A stretch of 64,000 bases of DNA from an uncultured Opitutaceae bacterium (lineage in GTDB: Bacteria; Verrucomicrobiota; Verrucomicrobiia; Opitutales; Opitutaceae): contig CAYOLG010000006.1 of NCBI GenBank assembly GCA_964404745.1, forward strand, positions 4,532-68,531. The letters are read 5' to 3'. The notes beneath the pieces are model-generated. The model was not told the origin of the DNA and did no database searches. It saw nothing but the letters and a program-made list of their open reading frames with translations. Within the stretch, counting starts at the first letter, position 1, and each line of letters starts with the position of its first letter. This document shows positions 39,585-48,514 of the stretch, in pieces. Both the position numbers and the translations under genes were made by a program.

Positions 39585-41327
39585 CTACTTTCCCAAATAT
39601 TCGACCCAAACGTAATAGGCGCCTCGTTCTTGCTGGGTTTCGGCATCCATGAACCAGGTTTGCAACAAGGTTTCCCCCTTGGGAAGCTCCATCTCGAAAT
39701 TGACGAAAGCATCCTTCGGCTGGAGATTCTTTTCTTCTGCGTATTCGCCTATGCGGATACGGGCTTTGTTAGCCCCTATTGGTTTCTCAGCATCTTTGGG
39801 ATAGCGCGACAAGCGGATTCTATAGCGACCCGCCTGTTGGGCATCCAGTGCCCAGAATCCGTTGACGAAGAGCGAGTCGTTCTCCACCAACTCCATTTTC
39901 CATATCACCCCGCCTTTCGTGTGGTGCCAATCTCGAGTTGTAAACCGAGTGGGATTCTCCTCCGACGAGCCTATGAAGAATGGCGTATACTTTCCACCGT
40001 GGCTGGTGACATCTCTAAAATGTTGTCCGTAGGCCTGATCAAGATTTTCGACCACTTCCGGGAATTGTTTGGCCACGTTAGTTCGCTGTCCAGGATCTTG
40101 GACAATGTCATAGAGCTCCGAGTTAACCAATCGCCAGCGCTTGGTGAGCACAGCTCGACTTGGATATTTCGCTTTTAGATCGGCTCCCGGATGCCACTTT
40201 TCGAGCTGATCAGCTTGCCGATCAACGAATAGTATCCGATCCCTCCCATTGTTTGCCTCGCCCCTCAAAAGACCGGCGATGTTTTCACCATCGAAATTCA
40301 AGTCTACAGGCATTTTCAAATCGCAGAGTTCGACAAAGGTCGGTAGCCAATCCAAATGAGCGGTAAGCGTTTCCACGCTTTTCCCTCCTTCGAACTTCCC
40401 TGGCCAGCGGATAAAGCAAGCCACGCGATGTCCTCCCTCATAGGTGGAACCCTTTTTGTCGCGCATGCCCGCATTGTATCCCTGCCCCGTCTTCGGATCG
40501 TATCCACCACCCGTCCCATTGTCACCCATGAAGACGATAATCGTATTTTCATCGATTCCCCATTCCTTCAGTGACTCCAGCAGGCGCCCCAGATTTTCGT
40601 CGAAGTTTTGAACCATCCCCAAGAACTTCGAGAGCGACTCATGCAAACCTTTGGCGAGAAACGGATCGGAGTAGCTGGGGTCCACCGTTAGAGGCCCATG
40701 CATCGCATTCAATGGCAGGTAGATAAAAAAGGGTTGCTCAAAATCGCTAGCCCTTCCCTCCTCGATAAAGCGGAGGGTTTCGTCGAAGAATACGTCCGTA
40801 CAATAGCCTTCGAATTTTTCAGCAACGCCATCGCGGTTATAGGTGTCATCGAAATAGTCATTGCCCACTGGATTGCCAATTTCGTCGACTCCTCCTGCCA
40901 AGTGGTGAACAGTGTCCTGAAACCCTCGATACCGCGGCGCGTAGGGATAGGCATCGCCCAAATGCCACTTGCCAAACATGCCTGTTCGGTAGCCTGAAGC
41001 GGCGAACACCTCGGCCATAGTGGTTTCATCAGGATTCAAAAGCTGCCGCCCTTCCGTCACCGCCCAAGCTCCAACGCGAACGCTGTAACGGCCAGTCATC
41101 AAGGCTGCTCGAGTCGGCGTGCAGTAAGGATCTACGTGGTAGTCATCTAGGCTGATGCCTTCGTTATGCAATCGATCCAAGTTTGGCGTATCCAGCCAAG
41201 GATTTCCATGAACCGACATGTCGCCGTATCCTTGGTCATCCGTTACAATGAGAATTACGTTCGGCTGGGAGGCGATCGCTGACGAGAATACGGCAAGAAA
41301 GAGAGAGAACAAAGAAATGGATTTCAT
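39585..41327 (-). CDS. Arylsulfatase-like sulfatase (S1, Cys-type) with C-terminal beta domain
   Basis: Signal peptide; TDDQGYGD, CTPTR, GKWHLG, GDNG. Confidence 0.93.
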   Translation of the reverse strand: MKSISLFSLFLAVFSSAIASQPNVILIVTDDQGYGDMSVHGNPWLDTPNLDRLHNEGISLDDYHVDPYCTPTRAALMTGRYSVRVGAWAVTEGRQLLNPDETTMAEVFAASGYRTGMFGKWHLGDAYPYAPRYRGFQDTVHHLAGGVDEIGNPVGNDYFDDTYNRDGVAEKFEGYCTDVFFDETLRFIEEGRASDFEQPFFIYLPLNAMHGPLTVDPSYSDPFLAKGLHESLSKFLGMVQNFDENLGRLLESLKEWGIDENTIIVFMGDNGTGGGYDPKTGQGYNAGMRDKKGSTYEGGHRVACFIRWPGKFEGGKSVETLTAHLDWLPTFVELCDLKMPVDLNFDGENIAGLLRGEANNGRDRILFVDRQADQLEKWHPGADLKAKYPSRAVLTKRWRLVNSELYDIVQDPGQRTNVAKQFPEVVENLDQAYGQHFRDVTSHGGKYTPFFIGSSEENPTRFTTRDWHHTKGGVIWKMELVENDSLFVNGFWALDAQQAGRYRIRLSRYPKDAEKPIGANKARIRIGEYAEEKNLQPKDAFVNFEMELPKGETLLQTWFMDAETQQERGAYYVWVEYLGK

Positions 41328-41669
41328 TTAGGGATACTAAAGGCTAATCAGAAAAACCTATATTAACAGTGATTTCGTCGCCAAAATCAAATCCCGCTTT
41401 GCTGGAGCAGGATCACGCTGCGCGTGAACAAGATCCAATCTTGCAACAATGATAATTTCAATTCCTGTTCGCGAAGCGAATTTTGCTACGCTCCGCGTCA
41501 TTTTGGGAAGCAATTGTTGATAGGTTACAGCCTTTTGTGTCGAACGCTGTATTCACCGTTCTAAACAACTAAAGGCAAAATGGCAGGACCGACTGTTCTT
41601 GGTTGGCCGCGTTAGTCTGATATAACCGCGTATCGGCTGCTTGAGGACAAGCAGCCCTACCTTATTAAC

Positions 41670-43094
41670 TTACGCAATCAATTCAGGAATTACCTGTCCA
41701 CCGAACTGCGAGAGCTGCTTGTAGCGACCACCATGCAAATAGGTAAGCTTGTTATCGTCGAGTCCGAGTAGATGAAGCAGCGTCACATGCAAATCGCGAA
41801 TCGGGTGAACGACTTCTACAGCGCTCTTGCCCAGCTCATCGGTCGCCCCAACGATCGTTCCCTTTTTCACGCCGCCGCCAGCCAACAACATGGTCATCGC
41901 TTCCGCGTTGTGGTCACGTCCAAGCGAATACACGCCACCACGCTTGTTGTTGTCTGGCGTGCGTCCGAACTCGCCTGTCCAAATGACCAGCGTTTCGTCC
42001 AGCATTCCCCGTTGCTTCAAATCCTTGATCAGGGCCGCCATACCGCGATCGACACTCTTGATACGAGACGTGTGTCCCTTCTCCAAGTAGTCATGGCTAT
42101 CCCATCCACCGGAGAAGATTTGCACGAAGCGAACACCTTCTTCTACAAGCTTGCGGGCCATCAAGCATTGCTTTCCGAATACAGCAGTGTCTTCGTCATT
42201 CATGCCATAAATCTCGCGGATGTACTCCGGCTCGTTTTTGATATCGATCACATCTGGCACTTCCATCTGCATTCGATAAGCCAGCTCATAGCTTTCCATA
42301 CGGGCGGATAGATCCGCGTGTTCCGGATGTTGAGCGGCGTGTTTCTGATTCAGGAAAGCCAACTCGTCTAATGCCTTTCGTTGATGCTCGCGCGTCTTGT
42401 TCGACTGCGACTTCAGGTCTAGAATCGGCGAACCCGTAGGCCGCAGACGAGTACCCTGATAGTGAGCCGGCAGAAACCCATTCGACCAATTGCCAGAGCC
42501 CCCTTGTGGCATGGCCAATTCGGTCATAACCACGTAGCCAGGCAGATTCTGATTCATGGAACCGAGCCCATAGGTCGTCCAAGCTCCGATCGCCGGATCG
42601 CTTCCTAAACGGCTACCAGTATTCATGTGGAACAAGGCCTCAGGATGATTAACCGATTCCGCTTGGCAGCCTCGATAATTACAGAGCTCGTCCGCGATTT
42701 CCGGATCCGCCATGTAGCGCCATTGATCGCACATTTCGATACCTGACTGACCTACCTTGCGTGAGCTAAAAGGACTGCCGACGAAGAATTTGAATGGATC
42801 GCCTTCCTTGGCCAAAGTGGACTCTGCCTTATGCAGACGTTGCAACTCCGGCTTGGGATCGAATGTATCCATATGGCCAGGACCTCCTTCCATGAAGAGC
42901 ATGATTACTGCCTTGGCTTTGGCCGGAGCTATTGGGGCCTTGGGAGCCAATGGCCCTCTAGAAATTGCTGCCGGCAGATCCTTGGCGAACATATCGGTCA
43001 TCGCCAGCGACCCGAGAGAGGCAGTCAGACCGCATAGAAAGTCGCGTCGAGTGACAGGGGTGGAAACTGGTCGTGAACAGATGGGTGATTTCAT
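41670..43094 (-). CDS. DUF1501 domain protein, Tat-exported
   Basis: TRRDFL; MEGGPGHMDTFDPKP, GVRFVQ, GEFGRTP and GRDH motifs. Confidence 0.92.
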   Translation of the reverse strand: MKSPICSRPVSTPVTRRDFLCGLTASLGSLAMTDMFAKDLPAAISRGPLAPKAPIAPAKAKAVIMLFMEGGPGHMDTFDPKPELQRLHKAESTLAKEGDPFKFFVGSPFSSRKVGQSGIEMCDQWRYMADPEIADELCNYRGCQAESVNHPEALFHMNTGSRLGSDPAIGAWTTYGLGSMNQNLPGYVVMTELAMPQGGSGNWSNGFLPAHYQGTRLRPTGSPILDLKSQSNKTREHQRKALDELAFLNQKHAAQHPEHADLSARMESYELAYRMQMEVPDVIDIKNEPEYIREIYGMNDEDTAVFGKQCLMARKLVEEGVRFVQIFSGGWDSHDYLEKGHTSRIKSVDRGMAALIKDLKQRGMLDETLVIWTGEFGRTPDNNKRGGVYSLGRDHNAEAMTMLLAGGGVKKGTIVGATDELGKSAVEVVHPIRDLHVTLLHLLGLDDNKLTYLHGGRYKQLSQFGGQVIPELIA

Positions 43095-43128
43095 TACTTT
43101 AAAAGCGATTGGCGGTTAGCTATTCCTC

Positions 43129-45984
43129 TTAATATACGTGAACGAATTCGTTGCTATTGAATAGGACCAAGCAGAGGTCGGCAAGGGCTCTGGTGTCCGT
43201 GTCGACATCTGTAGCTTTCTTGTCCGGCGTGTAATCTTCGAATACGGGCAGGATCTCTTCGAACTCGAAGGGCAATCCGGAAAACTCTTCTACTAGCGAT
43301 CGAGTCACACTTGTCGGATAGGTCACCGGATCCGGATCATTCTTTTTGTGATACGTTCGCATTTCTTCGACGTAGGCTAGCGAACGGGTCTTTTCTTCGT
43401 CGTCAGGCTTGCGCCCCAAGGCTAGCTCAAACGCCCGAACGACTCGCTCTTCGAAGGTGTCCTTGTCGCTCATTAGCCGATCCGCGAACGCTATTGAGCG
43501 ATCGGTAATCAAATCACTGTTGAGCATGGTGAACGCCTGCGGCGAAACGGATGGGGCGTCCCGCATTTCGCAAGAGTCATTCGGATTGGGCTGGTTGAAG
43601 ATCTCCAGGAAGGGATCCGCTTGGCCGCGTACCCGGTAGGCGTAGATGCTACGCCTGTTCCGTTGCTCCGGACTCGGCGAGGGCTGATAGGCCGGAGCAA
43701 TTGAGAACTGGATCATCCGTGGCTGCAGAGCCACTTCCATGTTGATTTCAGGCTGTATAAACATGCCGCCCATTTCCGGATTCAACTCCCCCGTAATTTT
43801 CAGCATGCCGTCCCGCAATTCCTCGGCTGTCAATCGACGCGGCGTATGGAATGCGAGCAGCTCATTATTCGGATCCACCGTAGCCAGCTTTTCCCTTTCC
43901 GGATGCAGAGTCGCCTGACGATAGGAATCCGAAAGCATGATCATGCGATGCAGGCGTTTAATTTTCCACCCGCCTTCAACAAATTCGGCCGCCAGCCAAT
44001 CAAGCAATTCTGGATGCGTAGGCTTGCCTCCTTTGGCCCCGAAGTTATTCGGGTTCCCGGCGATTGGCTTTCCGAAGTGGTGCTGCCAAACTCGATTGAC
44101 GAACGAGCGGGTGGTAAGCGAGTTACGTGGATCGGCGATCCATCGAGCGACAGCCGTGCGCCTACCATCGATATCGTCGCCAGGAATCACATACGGATCT
44201 TCGATTCCGTCACCCAGGGGCACGCCAACCGCGCTCAAGACGCCTGCCTGCACTTTTTCGCCTAGAGCAGTCAACGCCCCTCCTGTTAGAATATGATTCT
44301 CCAAGGAGTCTTCCAGTTTTTCCGGACCCACTATCCGCAGCTTGCGAGCGTTAAAACTCTTGGGACTCGGCCCATTGTAGACGCTCTGCACCATGGGTTG
44401 GTAGCGTTCCTTGCGACGTTCCCAAACCCAGTCATCCTGCTCACGAACTTTGAGGCGACCTTGTTCGATGTAGCCCAACCCCACATGCCGAGGCGGTTTC
44501 ACATCGTCAGGCATATCCTTACGGGTGGCATGGTCGACATATTCGCGATTGTTCTCCTTGTACCACTTGCGAGCGGCGGTTTCCCGCTTGTCGTACAATT
44601 CCTCTTTCTTCTGCACGGCGAAGCTGTGCAGGCGTTCTACCATAGCCGCGCCCTCTTCCAGGCCGTTCAGGTTTTCTTTCGGGTGGAAAGCCGTTGGACG
44701 TTCGGCCAATTGGGTACCTGCGAAGGCCGCATACATGCGGTAGTAATCCTTGGTCGGGATGGGATCGAACTTGTGGTCGTGGCACTTAACGCACCGCATA
44801 GTTGTGGCCAAAAAGGTCTGTCCCACGGAATTCACGACATCGTCGATAAAGATCTGTCGAGCCTCATCCTTTGGAATCATGGCTGAATCCCACGGTCCCA
44901 TGCGCAGGAAGCTAGAAGCGATCATCCACTCTATTTCCTGCTCATTGTATTCGCCTGAGTCGTGAATAGAGCGAACAGCCTCCACGTCATTGTTCAAGCG
45001 CTCGCGAACCGACGCGTCAGCGAGCTCGTCACCGGCGACTTGCTCGACAATAAACTGATTGTAAGGCTTATCCTCGTTGAAAGAGCGAATCACGTAATCC
45101 CGATAGCGCCAGGCATTGGAACGTTCGTAATCGTTCGAGAGGCCACCGGTATCCGCATAGCGAGCGACGTCCAGCCAGTGCTGGCCCCAGCGCTCCCCGT
45201 AGTGCGGGCTATCCAAAAGCCGATCGATGAGCTCCGCCCACGCTTGGTCGAAATCTCGCTCGGCGGCAGCGACGAAGGCTTCGACTTCCTCAGGAGTCGG
45301 CGGTAGTCCAATCAGACCGAACGTGGCCCGGCGTATCAACTTTTTGGCGTCGGCCATGGGGGCGGGCTCGAAACCGGCTGTTTCCAACTTAGCGCCTACA
45401 AAAGCATCAACAGGGTTGATTATCCCTTCGCTGTTCGGAACATCTGGCTTCTCAACAGGCATAAAACCCCACATGTCTTCCGGTTGGTAGCGGCGATACG
45501 TCCATTCGTCGATCAAGCCGCCCGAGGTCTTGAAGAGCATTCCTTCCTCGTTAATCTCTACGTCTCGCTCAGCCACTCGAATAGCTTTCTGCGCAGCGTC
45601 GTCCGGCCAAGGAGCCCCGGCATTGATCCAGGTTTCTAGATCGGCGATTTGCTGCTCGGAGAGACGATCATTCTCCTTTGGAGGCATTTCATAGTCGGGA
45701 TCCTCCCAGCGCACCGCTTGCATGATAAAACTGTGATCCGCGTTACCAGGAATCAGCACATCATCGAAAGATTCTCCACCGCGAATAAACGCTTCTCTGG
45801 TCGTGACCAGGAAGTCGCCTTTGACCTTTTTCGCTGGGTCCCCATGGCAACCTAAACACTTTTCCATTAGCATGGGCTTCACCTTGAGAGTGAATAGGCG
45901 ATCCAGGTTTACGGCTTCGTCTGTACCGAAGGCAAAACTGGAGACGGTAAGAGCCGCCAAAGTCGTTGCTGCGCGCTTTCTCAA
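43129..45984 (-). CDS. PSD1/planctomycete cytochrome c protein (PSCyt1 + DUF1549 + DUF1553)
   Basis: CLGCH and CVKCH, YGERWGQHWLDVARYADT, VNRVWQHHFG, PTHPELLDWLA; TTG 45984 gives a signal peptide, though the ORF is open to 46179. Confidence 0.9.
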   Translation of the reverse strand: MRKRAATTLAALTVSSFAFGTDEAVNLDRLFTLKVKPMLMEKCLGCHGDPAKKVKGDFLVTTREAFIRGGESFDDVLIPGNADHSFIMQAVRWEDPDYEMPPKENDRLSEQQIADLETWINAGAPWPDDAAQKAIRVAERDVEINEEGMLFKTSGGLIDEWTYRRYQPEDMWGFMPVEKPDVPNSEGIINPVDAFVGAKLETAGFEPAPMADAKKLIRRATFGLIGLPPTPEEVEAFVAAAERDFDQAWAELIDRLLDSPHYGERWGQHWLDVARYADTGGLSNDYERSNAWRYRDYVIRSFNEDKPYNQFIVEQVAGDELADASVRERLNNDVEAVRSIHDSGEYNEQEIEWMIASSFLRMGPWDSAMIPKDEARQIFIDDVVNSVGQTFLATTMRCVKCHDHKFDPIPTKDYYRMYAAFAGTQLAERPTAFHPKENLNGLEEGAAMVERLHSFAVQKKEELYDKRETAARKWYKENNREYVDHATRKDMPDDVKPPRHVGLGYIEQGRLKVREQDDWVWERRKERYQPMVQSVYNGPSPKSFNARKLRIVGPEKLEDSLENHILTGGALTALGEKVQAGVLSAVGVPLGDGIEDPYVIPGDDIDGRRTAVARWIADPRNSLTTRSFVNRVWQHHFGKPIAGNPNNFGAKGGKPTHPELLDWLAAEFVEGGWKIKRLHRMIMLSDSYRQATLHPEREKLATVDPNNELLAFHTPRRLTAEELRDGMLKITGELNPEMGGMFIQPEINMEVALQPRMIQFSIAPAYQPSPSPEQRNRRSIYAYRVRGQADPFLEIFNQPNPNDSCEMRDAPSVSPQAFTMLNSDLITDRSIAFADRLMSDKDTFEERVVRAFELALGRKPDDEEKTRSLAYVEEMRTYHKKNDPDPVTYPTSVTRSLVEEFSGLPFEFEEILPVFEDYTPDKKATDVDTDTRALADLCLVLFNSNEFVHVY

Positions 45985-46021
45985 CGAGAACCTCTGAAGC
46001 AAATCATGAGGCAATTGTGAA

Positions 46022-46128
46022 GGTAGGGAGGATCGGCTCGATCCTCCGAAGTTTGTAACTGGAGGACCGAACCGGTCCTCCTTACCAGATTCCTCTGCGA
46101 AGGAATCGCTGGATGAACCCGCTCCTAC
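46022..46128. repeat. REPIN family A (46022-46086) plus GTAGGAGCG REP (46103-46128)
   Basis: 65-bp copy with spacer gaagtttgtaact; reverse complement gtaggagcgggttcatccagcgattc. Confidence 0.88.
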
Positions 46129-46186
46129 AACTTTTTCTCTAAATACTGATTCCATCATCACTTGCGAATTCGTATACAAATTTTAT

Positions 46187-47761
46187 TTACGGCCGGCCTT
46201 TCTCATAGAGTTCCGCAATTTCCTCGCTGCTCAAAGCGTCCGCGAAAATGGCGAACTCGTCGATGGCCCCATTCAAATTTCTCAAAGCGAAAGTGGAATC
46301 GTTGCGTGTCGGCTCGTTCCAGTTTCCAATTGAAGCCGCTCCGATACGCACCGTGTCCACTAAAAACTCATCGCTGATAAAATCCCGGCCGATCGCTTTT
46401 CCGTTAACGTAGTGAGTGGTCGTTTGAGCCTCCACATTGTAGACCGTGGCGATCTGAAACCATTTACCACTCATGGAGGGATCCCAAAAACTTGGGGAAT
46501 AGGTGATATGCTTGTCCGGACGCTCAGGCCAGCTTTCCCGCTTCTTTACGGAGAAGAATAAACGGCCATCACTCATAATTTGCCAGTGGGGCTCGTGTAG
46601 CTCATGACCATCCGTTAGAAAGAGCGAGTTGTACATGCGATCCAAACTATCGATACGGGCCCAGCAATAGAAGGTCATGGACCGGTGTTCACCCGGGATG
46701 GATACCCGCACCCGACTTCCAGCTGGGCTGAAGTTCAGGGCGCTGCTCGACTCGTCCCAGCGATCCGCATCCTTGCGAGCGCTGACGATCGTTCCATGAA
46801 AACCGGAACCCGAGCCATCGGCCAGTTGACGCCGACCTAATTCCTCTGAATTCATGGGAAAATAGGCTAGTACTCTCGGATCGCTCGCAACCTCCGCGCT
46901 CGCAACCTCCCAGGCTTCTCGTCGAGCTTGTCGCTGTCCCAGGAACCTCCGTTCGAAATCTTCAAGCCGAGGAAAGTCGGACGAAGCAAACCCCGATGAT
47001 GAGAATTCCCCGTCCACGGTCCAGTGAAGCGACTGGCCATCGGTCAGACTGCGAACATTGCTCGCGTTTGGGTGCCACTCGATCTCCCCCTCGATAACAT
47101 GCATCTCTGATCCTTCCGGTGTCACATCCAAGGAAAATTCAGTCCCCAAGTCCACCACCTCCCCGGTAGCAGTGTTCACCTTGAATCCTTTAGCTGCCGG
47201 AGGAACTAAGGCCCGTATCCGGCCTTTCGCTACGGTCATTTCCATTGGCGAATGAACTTCAAAGGCGGATTCCCCTTCTAAAATCACGGTAACGCCGCTG
47301 AACAACTCCAGCTGAGCCACGCCCGATCTCAATTTCAAGGGGCCCTGAGGAAGCAAATCGCCTCGATTCAAACGGACACCGTCTTCCCATGCCGCATCCG
47401 AATACTCTGATAGCACTGCGAAGCCCGCGGCCCTTGGCTCAACGCTTAGAGGCGCTTCCTGAGCAGCCTGCCGACCCACGTTCCATCCTGAAAGCCCGAT
47501 GATTAGGAGCAATGCTATTGAAGCGCCTGCTCCCAGCGCAATGGCATGCTTTCTCCAAAATGGAATCGCAAGCTCCGAAGACGAACCACCCAAGCGCTCG
47601 GACTCGATCCTCAGGCCATTTTCCAACTTGAGACGAGCATAGTACCTTTGGCGCAATGTCGGATCGACTCGCAGTTGGGCTTCCAGCCTCAAGAAATCCG
47701 CCTCGGAAATCGAGCCGTCAAGGAGATCGTCTATGAGGTTTCCCCACTGAACCTGACTCAT
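46187..47761 (-). CDS. Anti-sigma factor: FecR domain + LamG-like jellyroll
   Basis: Anti-sigma helix, TM segment, VVDLGTEF FecR motif, LamG-type GAIDEFAIF; ATGA overlap with the sigma gene. Confidence 0.88.
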   Translation of the reverse strand: MSQVQWGNLIDDLLDGSISEADFLRLEAQLRVDPTLRQRYYARLKLENGLRIESERLGGSSSELAIPFWRKHAIALGAGASIALLLIIGLSGWNVGRQAAQEAPLSVEPRAAGFAVLSEYSDAAWEDGVRLNRGDLLPQGPLKLRSGVAQLELFSGVTVILEGESAFEVHSPMEMTVAKGRIRALVPPAAKGFKVNTATGEVVDLGTEFSLDVTPEGSEMHVIEGEIEWHPNASNVRSLTDGQSLHWTVDGEFSSSGFASSDFPRLEDFERRFLGQRQARREAWEVASAEVASDPRVLAYFPMNSEELGRRQLADGSGSGFHGTIVSARKDADRWDESSSALNFSPAGSRVRVSIPGEHRSMTFYCWARIDSLDRMYNSLFLTDGHELHEPHWQIMSDGRLFFSVKKRESWPERPDKHITYSPSFWDPSMSGKWFQIATVYNVEAQTTTHYVNGKAIGRDFISDEFLVDTVRIGAASIGNWNEPTRNDSTFALRNLNGAIDEFAIFADALSSEEIAELYEKGRP

Positions 47762-48294
47762 GCTCTCAATCCTTTCTGCAATGCTAGACGCTTTTCGATG
47801 CAAACCTGCAAGCGATTACGAACGCGGTGGAGAGTCACTTTGAGCCCTCCAACGCTTCTGCCAATCTTCTGCCCGTATTCGCTAAGCGGCGACTTTTTAA
47901 AATAGCGATGGTAGATCAATTCGCGATCGGCGGGTTTCAGTTTTTGCAAGCATTCCTGGAGAGCCATGTGATGATCGGAGATTCCTTCCAAAGTATCAGC
48001 CATCTCTTCGGCAATGACTTCCTCTAGTTCCTCGCAAAATACGAGGCGCGATTCCGTAGCTTGCTTGTACCGATATTTTCGAACTTGGAAACGGGCTATG
48101 GCAAAGGCCCAAGCCTTGAAATTCGTGCCCAATTTAAAATCGCCCCGCTTCTCCCAAATAATAGCATTGGTTTCCTGAGCCACGTCCTCCGCGGCCCGAT
48201 CGCCTGGAAGCAAAGATTCTACATACAAGTGAATCGCTGGCTGATGCTGGGTCAGCAGAGAAACTATGGTGGCATCTGTGTCCTTTGAATCCAT
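47758..48294 (-). CDS. ECF sigma-70 factor (Rhodopirellula/Verrucomicrobium type)
   Basis: AEDVAQE, GTNFKAWAFAIARF, C-terminal HTH LHRVRNRL. Confidence 0.92.
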   Translation of the reverse strand: MDSKDTDATIVSLLTQHQPAIHLYVESLLPGDRAAEDVAQETNAIIWEKRGDFKLGTNFKAWAFAIARFQVRKYRYKQATESRLVFCEELEEVIAEEMADTLEGISDHHMALQECLQKLKPADRELIYHRYFKKSPLSEYGQKIGRSVGGLKVTLHRVRNRLQVCIEKRLALQKGLRA

Positions 48295-48316
48295 GGGGAA
48301 CGGTGGTAACTAGAAG

Positions 48317-48330
48317 CAAATCCGGATTTG
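48317..48330. promoter_or_regulatory. Perfect 14-bp palindrome upstream of the ECF sigma gene
   Basis: CAAATCCGGATTTG, 23 bp upstream of the ATG at 48294. Confidence 0.35.
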
Positions 48331-48514
48331 ACCCGAAAGGTTAACAAAAAAGATCCAGAATTATTTTTGGAGCTGAAATTCCCATGGAGGATAGCTAGGG
48401 GAGCGTCTGAAAGGCCCGAATTTGTACGGTCGCCGCTTGCGGCGACCGCGTATTAGATTTTCGCCCTCTTCTGCGATCGCCGCAAGCGGCGACCCTACTG
48501 AGAACAGTAAATTC

